The notes under the pieces were generated by a model, which saw only the letters and a list, made by a program, of their open reading frames with translations, had not been told where the DNA came from and did no database searches. Of a DNA stretch of 44,261 bases, positions 37,144-44,261 are shown in pieces. Within the stretch, counting starts at the first letter, position 1, and every line of letters starts with the position of its first letter. Origin of the DNA: Atractiella rhizophila (taxonomy: Eukaryota); contig MU271563.1 of NCBI GenBank assembly GCA_021432655.1, positions 1 to 44,261 of the forward strand, read 5' to 3'. Position numbers and translations under genes: made by a program.

Positions 37144-37316
37144 CACATGTTGTTCTCCATATTGACCTGCCTCATCTCTTTTGTGTATATTTATCTGTAA
37201 CTGCTTTTATAAATGCACTGCAACAAATATTGTTGTGTTGATAAGAACAACGTTCGGAGCATAATTTGTTCGGTGGATATAACGTTGTCATCATTGAAGA
37301 TCACAGCACCTGCCAA

Positions 37317-37409
37317 GTGCGACCCTTATTCTTTGGTAACGCTATTGAAGAGTTTCTGGTTGGGCGTATCCTGCCCAATCAAACCATACGGCAATGTCAC
37401 CTCCCCCAG
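37317..37409. repeat. 93-bp dispersed element, copy 2
   Basis: 92/93 identical to 23002-23094, with identical end points. Confidence 0.9.
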
Positions 37410-38416
37410 CGGCCAATCCTCCTGAACGCACTCCCTCCTTCCGCTTCCTACCTCCAGAGTCTCTCCCCTTTACGGTCTCCAGCTCCCCCGCCTACAGCTC
37501 GATGGCTGCTCCCAAGACGCGGATTAGGAGGCTCAGGTTGGATGCATACGACTGTGCCTGCACAAGACGGTGCTTCAGAATCGGAAACAGAATCTACTGA
37601 GACAGCTATACCCCCTCAAACGTCAACGTCAGGCCGGGAAGTAATTCGAATTGAAGCACGAGCATCGGGGGAGAGAGACAGAGGAAGGGAAACAACGGAA
37701 CATGGCATGTCGCTTCTCTCCAGCGCGCGTGCCACACTTGCCAGTTTGGCGGCAGAAGAAGTCCCGAATATGAGTGCTAGTGAAGAAGAGAGCCTTGCAA
37801 GCATTAGAGAGCGTCAAGCGAGGACCATTGATGCACATACTAGCGTGAGTTACTTCTCCGTTATACTAGGACTGGGATGGTTCTGGAAGGCTGCATCGGT
37901 GTGCAGTTGATATCTGCTCAACGCGAGACATTGCGAGCAGCGGAGAGGACTATACATCTTCTCCAGGATCAGATACGGTTATACGAAGTCCGTTCACGCT
38001 TTACCGCCCGTCTTTCAAACTCCTCCACCTCATCATCCTCTCTCGCCGCCTCTTCTTCCAACGGCTCCCCACAACCTTCAACATCGGCCTCAACTGCCAC
38101 TGGACAATCCCCATCGCGGCACTTTCACTCCGCCCACAACGCGCTGAATACCCGCATCCGTGCTATCTCCCTTGATATCGCGCGGCAGCGGGACGCGGCT
38201 AAAGACAGGGAGAAGCAGGATACGGAGAAAGGAGAGGAGCAAGAGGACGTAGAAGAGGAGGAAGAACTGGTGATCATGCAACGGTGGTTGGAGGACTTGA
38301 GGACAGGTAAACGAGCCGCAGATGGCACCTTGCTGGGTCCTGCGCGTAGGAAAGAGATTGAGGAGGAACGACAGCGAGGAAGGGTGAGGAAGGATATGAT
38401 GAGTGTCGAGCGATAG
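37410..38416 (+). CDS. Hypothetical low-complexity/coiled-coil protein, 5' end uncertain
   Basis: Two open frames joined by intron 37845-37906 (GTGAGT..CAG); stop TAG at 38414-38416. First in-frame ATG is at 37542, but the frame is open back through the 93-bp element. Confidence 0.55.
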
Positions 38417-38676
38417 CAATACCAATCACACCGTTGTCAAGCTTTTCATTTCTAAATGTTGTATTATTATCGAGTCTTGGTGCAAATGCACACCTTATCG
38501 TTCATGCAATTCATGCTTCACGATCAGCTGTTACTTCGAAGTTATGCCAGGGATGGCATCATGATCATGCCCTGGATCACTATCCGTTGAGCTGGGTGTA
38601 GACCCGCGCAGCAAATCTTATATCTTTTGCTGCGGCTCAAACATTGCTTTGATCAACCAAACTCGCTACATCACTT

Positions 38677-40776
38677 ATGCGCTTAAACCAGCCCCTCGGA
38701 AGTGTAGTGCCAGCAATCCTAGGAATATTCCTTTTTGAAGGCACTCTCTTTGTGTATGGCGATGTTGGCAAGTCTCTCGTCCTTCGACTTGCGTGCCTTC
38801 TCCCTAACTCTTTGGCAGTTCCCTATCTACGTTATAATCAACAAAGTGTCGTGTTCTCGAGTGAGTAGCTTTGGGTCAAATGTTTCTCGAGTTTCACCAC
38901 GGTAAACCCAGTGATTTACGCCTCTGGCTTTGGCGTGTTTGCTCTCTATGCTCTTGTGACCTACTTCAGTAACAACCTTCTTTAGGCTCAGCGGGTCCTC
39001 CTGTGCGCTTGGCGAACCAGATTATAGAAACGAGGAGGCCATCAAGGCTTGACATGTCCAGTGCTGCTCGGGACGTTCTACACCTGGCAGTTTGTTTTGA
39101 CCAGGATTGTTTCCGGCATTTCAACTACAAGGTGAGCGGGTGTCTATGCGAGACGACTGAAGCCCAACATCAAAACCGTTACACGAGCTGGTCACCCCTT
39201 TCCTATGCTGTGCCCTGTCCTATAGTTTCTGCACTTAGGCCTCAAAGCGACACTAAAAAAGGTCACCATACGTGAGACTTGTAGTTCCAGTACTTCGACT
39301 ACTAGACGTCCTACTGCTCGCAATTTGCTGGCGGTTACTCACGTCATAGCCAAGGAGGAGGTTTTGCGTTCTTCACTTCAAAAAAGATTAAAGCGTACGA
39401 ACTCAAGGAAGCAACATACTCACTACGACATAGAAATAAGGGAACCAAGCTTAGACATACATTGCGTATACGAGCCAGGGTCGAGCTAGAACAACTCGTC
39501 CGAGAGACGTAGTCGCCTATGTCAATTCGCACATCGCTAAGAAAGACAAGTAGATACGGTGTGACGAAGGCTCGGTAGAGTTCGTCTTAGAGGACGGTAA
39601 AGAGTAAGTGAACACGGTCGAATGGCTAGAGGGGAGTGATATCCATCTCATAAGTACTGGTAGACTTCCACACTTCCTGTATGATCGCCGAATGGATCCT
39701 CAAGGACTTTCGGTTAGAGAGGTTCACTGAGGGTAGTGTGAAGAGGTTAAAGATACCTGAGGCGCCAACATATCTAGAACTCTTCCGCTCTGATCGTGGT
39801 GCGTTGGGACAGGAGGGGGCTTTCCTTGGGTTTCAAAGTAAGCCCCCAGTATCGGTAAGAGGGGGGAAACAAACTTTAGAAGAGGTTTCGAAGCATGCGA
39901 GCATGAGGTGTGAGCAATAAGGCGTAAGTTCAACGGTTTAATGCCTCATCTCGTACTGCCACCTGTTCCTGTTTCACTAGCAGCGTTTCTTCTGGTCCTT
40001 CTTCCTACTTTTACTCCCTGTGCGTTGGGCTAAAGCACTCCTGCGTCGCAGATTACTCCGTATAAACTTCCTTATCATATCCGGCGGGTAGGTAGATTTA
40101 CGCCACAACTACTCTGTAGTCGTTGCCCGGATTTCCGAATGGAGGTAGGTCCAGGTGGCTAGGTTCTGGAGGACTCCGAGGTGGTTACCAGGAAGTAGGT
40201 AACCAATGACGATAGTTCGGTGTGTCAAGCGTGTTAGAAAAGGCAGCTTAGTCGCATTGATACCTAGTTTCCGAGTTCGAATGTTCGCTGTCCACAAATG
40301 GTTAACCGGTTTGTTCGCCCTAATTACGGGTCCATTCTTCGTCGCCCTGTTAGCATTGTTTAACTTCCTTCCCGAAGTAGCAGTCGAGATTGCATTACGT
40401 CCTCAGTTTGGACGCCCTAGTAATCATTCCCTTTATTTCTTATGACCAATCTTTGAGTTGTACCTGTTACTACTAGTTTACATCTGGACTTCAACGAATT
40501 TAGCGTTACGGTCTGTGTTCCTTCATTTCTGTGTGAACGTGTTAGGTGTTAGGAATGTCACAGAGCTAGAGTCCCCAAAGGTTCGAGGAGGCGTTCTGGG
40601 AACCTTCGTGAAACGCCCACATGGAAGGTCCAGGCTACTAAGTATATAGATTACTTATTAGTAGTCTATACTGTAAAGGATTGTGAGCCCATCCATTTGG
40701 GTGGTGTTTAGAGAGATCTTGTCGGAAACCTTGGAGCTTACCGCCGAAGCTTACCACTTCTCCAACCCGCATCTGG
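38677..40776 (+). CDS. DHHC palmitoyltransferase; 5' exons normal (38677-38969), remainder encoded in the mirrored segment read 40776->~39524
   Basis: TM-rich start MRLNQPLGSVVPAILGIFLF...YALVTYF. Reading + backwards without complementing continues RVYAQPLHH...[33 protein letters not shown](W)FDSCI...MKPFLQF...GITSVE...LYNRGVHRNWRSVMG, mostly with GT-AG introns. Confidence 0.9.
38970..40776. other. 1807-bp segment reversed without complementation (mirror-image sequence; probable assembly/processing artefact)
   Basis: No meaningful protein in the six normal frames. The reverse reading gives DHHC exons and the complement reading gives the APN2 Zf-GRF. The left junction restores codons TTC AG|G GTC. 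Confidence 0.97.
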
Positions 40777-40801
40777 NNNNNNNNNNNNNNNNNNNNNNNN
40801 N
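40777..40801. other. Assembly gap (25 N)
   Basis: Run of 25 N inside the APN2 coding region. Confidence 0.99.
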
Positions 40802-42420
40802 CTCTTCGTTGCAGGTGTGGTAAAGAAATTGGCGAGAGTTGGCTGAACAGAAGACTTGTTCTTTTTCTTCTTCGAGTTAGTGGACGAGGGGCGTTCGGCT
40901 TCGGAGGTCGATTTTCTCTTCTTGGAAGAAAACCGTTCCTTCACAGGCGACGATGCTGCACCGGCAGAGGAGACGGTAATCATGGATGATTCCTGAGAGA
41001 GAGCTGAGGATGTACCGTTGTCAACAGCTGAGGAAGAGAGATCTGTTGATGAGGGAGGTCTACTGTCTGCCGCCTCCGGAGCTAGTGAAGACTCCGCCTT
41101 CTTGTTGAAGAAGGTGGTTAATGTGCCTTGTTTGAACTCTTGGTAAAATTTTGCCGCAAGTGGGGGAGGTTCAACTTCCTGGTCCTTGGCTCTACTAGGA
41201 TTGAGTTGGTCCCACAACCTGAACGTTTGTCCATCGACCTGGATTTCCTCCCGAAATGTCGCTACGACAGGGCAATGATCGCTACCTTTTATGTTGGGTA
41301 GGATATCACAACCATCGATCCAAGGAAGAAGACCATGAGTGACAAGGATATAGTCAATTCGAGTGCCATAGTTTGAAGCTCGCGCATCAATCTTCGTGTT
41401 CCAGCAGGTAAACATCTTCTCTCGGTCTGGATGGAACTTCCTGCAGATGTCGATGAGAATCCCGTTCTCGTTGATAAGATTGTCGAGCCATCGACGAGAC
41501 GGGTGCCAATACCAGTCTGTGATTCCGTGCTCCTTCATCCTCCCTTCAGGATCGCAATGATCTAGCGGACGATGACAGATATTCATGTCCCCAACAACGA
41601 CAACCTCCCTCCCTGCCTTCATTAAACCTCTAACTCTAGATTCCAACATAGATTCGTATCGATTCTTGTATTCCAGTCGGTCATCATTCGTCTCGTTCGG
41701 GCAGTAAAGGTTGATGAGAACAAACAGGGACAGATCAACCATCGTGCAGCGGCCTTCACAGTCCAATTCGAGGATCTCATTGAAAGTTAAATCAAGAGAC
41801 TCTAATGAAGGATGAGGGAGGATTTTAGATGAGTCGGAAAGAGCGGCAACGGTCTTTAGTCGGCCAGAAAGACCCTCTTCAGCCTTCACGGGAACGACGG
41901 TCGACTTCTTCGTGTAGATTCCAGTGCCGGAGTAACCCTTAACTGGGACGCGCTGCACAAAGGCATAAATCAGTTACAGTATTATTAGCTGTGTAATGAC
42001 CATGATTAACCGAATAGAAGGAATAAAAGCAATCGAACTCGTTCATGATGCACATATTCCGCTCGACTTGTTTTCGTGTCATTTTCGTTTCTACCACCAC
42101 ATTCTACGGCACCCTTCGCATCATTAAGAGAGGACGCACCTTGTACACACACAATGTCTGCATTCATGTTGGCAATTATCCCTTCATAAGAGCTGTTTGG
42201 TTTGAAGTACTCTGACCAACTGGTACCGGCTTTCACTCAGCTTATTTCGCGCTATCAAAGAGAGCACTTGCGGGTGATAGTAAGGAAGTGTTTTGAGTCC
42301 GTTCTAGGTACCACTTCAGTCCAGACAGACGGTTCGTGTTTGCTTACGATATTCCATGTCTAACCGCGACAATAGGTCATGACTGTCAGCTGTGAACTGA
42401 GTACTCACCATTAGCTTCAT
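40802..42420 (-). CDS. APN2: ExoIII-family AP endonuclease 2; C-terminal Zf-GRF lies in the mirrored segment (complement of 38970-39377)
   Basis: Spliced start MKLM|TWNI|NGLKTL, then ADIVCVQ, KGYSG, LDCEGR, INLYCP, VGDMNI, FTCWNTKIDARASNYGTRIDYIL and GSDHCPV; PIP-box-like QPTLANFF. Confidence 0.93.
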
Positions 42421-43041
42421 CCCAGCCGTGTTGGCCCAATAGTTGCTTAGTAGCTGTGGAGCTCTGAAGTCTTAAAAGACCTAGCGCGGCGGTCCAAGCT
42501 GTTGATAGTGGTCGTTTGACTCTGCCGGAGTGGCAACACCAGAACGCGAGAGTGGAATCTCGATCAACGCTCAACATAGAATGAGCGAACGACGGAGGGA
42601 GCAAGCATATCAACAAGACAACAAAGGATTGGATGCTATTATAGGGAGCTAGGACATTGCACAATCTCATTTACGACTTCCAGGTAAGCGCAGGATATTC
42701 CACTGTTTGTAAATGGGTGGGAGCACATTGAGCGGTTTAGAACAATGACAAGGTTGTTGAATCTATTTCGGACTAGAGCAATTCCTCTACAAGCATTGTT
42801 CCGCGCACTGAATTCAGGACTTGTTATCTGTAATGGATGAATCTACCTTATTCTAGCACATGTAATCCGGAGGAAGTAGGTGCAATGAAGTAGATGTGCC
42901 GCCTTGATTACATGTGGAGGATATGGAGCCTCTACCGGTGTCAACATCTACGCTACTTCGATTTTCTCAAAATCTATACAAACCTCTCCCCTTTCTCAAT
43001 GTTTTGGATGTGCTCATTCGTTCTAAGGCAAACACAATATC

Positions 43042-44136
43042 ATGCTCCTCGTTTTAACTCACCCTCTCGCTTTGTCCACCTCCTATGTTGCATCCCTCTA
43101 TCTCTTCAAACCGCGTCAACAACCATCTTCAGATGCACCGGTTCACCTGCCGCGAGACAATCCCGCTGTGATCCGAGCTCGCCTAACAGGACTTTCACTC
43201 TCCACAATCGCGTCTTTCGGACTACTTGCCCTTCGTTATCACCGCTCTGGACTCTCGATACTCGGGTGGAGAGGGTTGTTTGATCTCCTTGGCTTACAAG
43301 TCGACCGTCAAGCCATCAAAGCAAGTATCGTTGGAGTGGGGTTGACAGCATCCCTTTTTGCCGGGCCTCTTTTTGTTGAGTTTTTGGATCGAAAACTCCC
43401 AGGACAGAAGTGGTTCAGCTTGAAGCGTTGCTGGGGAGATGTAACGAGTTGGATCGGGCTGCGGAACTGGGTCTTTGTATGGGTTTATTGCTTCTACTGG
43501 TCCACCTGGTCCACGGAGCTGAACTGAGTCAAGGCACCGTTGACGGAGGAGCTGATTTTCCGCTCTTTCACGTTCGCTTCCGAGTTCATTATGACCAACG
43601 GAATGGTAGACTGGAAATGGCTTGTATTCTTTACACCCGTTTATTTTGGAGTTGCTCATGCACATCATATTTGGGAGTCCTATGTGCAAAGTGGGAGGAC
43701 AAGGGATGGACTGATCAGAGGAAGCATCCAAGCTGGTATGTCTTTCCCTTGTATTGGTAATTCTACAACTAATTTGTCAAAGCTTTTCAATTCTCCTACA
43801 CTACACTCTTCGGATGGTACTCGAGCTATCTCTTTTTCCGAACAGGTGTGCTTCTCCGATCTAGCACTAGCACAACCTGACTAGCGACAGGTTCTGTTTA
43901 TCCTTCCATCTTCGCCCACACCTTCTGCAATATGATGGGCTTCCCAACTTTGGGATACGATCTTGATCGCTATCCGGAGAAGAAACAATGTCTGTCCCCC
44001 CTCTCACACAGGGCTATCGTTAATCAAAGTCATAGCCATTATCTGCTCTTACATCGCCGGCATCGTTGCTTTCACGGCTGGTATGGTCGGATTTGTGCAC
44101 ACAAGGGAATTCGTTTATTGGCCAGCGCTCCTTTGA
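43042..44136 (+). CDS. RCE1: CAAX prenyl protease 2 (Rce1/Abi family)
   Basis: RDNPAVIRARL, LRNWVF|APLTEELIFRS, FGVAHAHH, FQFSYTTLFGWY and AHTFCNMMGFP; four introns; stop TGA at 44134-44136. Confidence 0.92.
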
Positions 44137-44261
44137 TCTCTTTCAGTCTTGGATTCAATTCACTTCAAGCGGTTTTTGTTACAGTTTGTTTCACAACGCA
44201 GCGGTACATCTGATAATATATAAACAAAAAGATGAGGCAGCACGAAATGAGAAGAATATGA

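Noticed and set aside
39003..40649. ORF-track proteins in this interval, and the APN2 tail PDAGWRSGKLRR
   Set aside because: Chance frames of the mirrored block; the real coding information is in the reverse-only and complement-only readings.
38970..40776. Mirror segment as a genuine novel biological mechanism or an ordinary inversion
   Set aside because: An inversion would be reverse-complemented and visible in six frames. Reverse-only copying has no known mechanism, and the block abuts an N gap and carries homopolymer-type errors.

Overview
Eukaryotic DNA from an intron-dense fungus. The ~50-bp GT-AG introns with CTRAY branch sites and the protein styles suggest a basidiomycete. Host genes at the left are an MFS myo-inositol transporter and a Mis14/Nsl1-like kinetochore gene. 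A ~30-kb nested transposon island (about 4.6-35.1 kb) follows. It holds a decayed CACTA-type transposase, Ty3/gypsy and Ty1/copia remnants, a chromodomain Ty3/gypsy element with a Tf1-type self-priming PBS, an intact Fot1/pogo DD35D transposon plus a truncated copy, seven related LTRs (four solo with perfect 5-bp TSDs) and three fold-back duplications. The right end carries two orphan genes, a DHHC palmitoyltransferase, APN2 and RCE1. The most striking observation is that 38970-40776 (1807 bp, next to a 25-N gap) is reversed but NOT complemented. Read backwards it completes the DHHC gene, and read as the plain complement it supplies the missing Zf-GRF end of APN2. Neither appears in the six-frame ORF track. 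This is almost certainly an assembly or processing artefact rather than biology. All calls come from reading the sequence by eye; no database searches were run.
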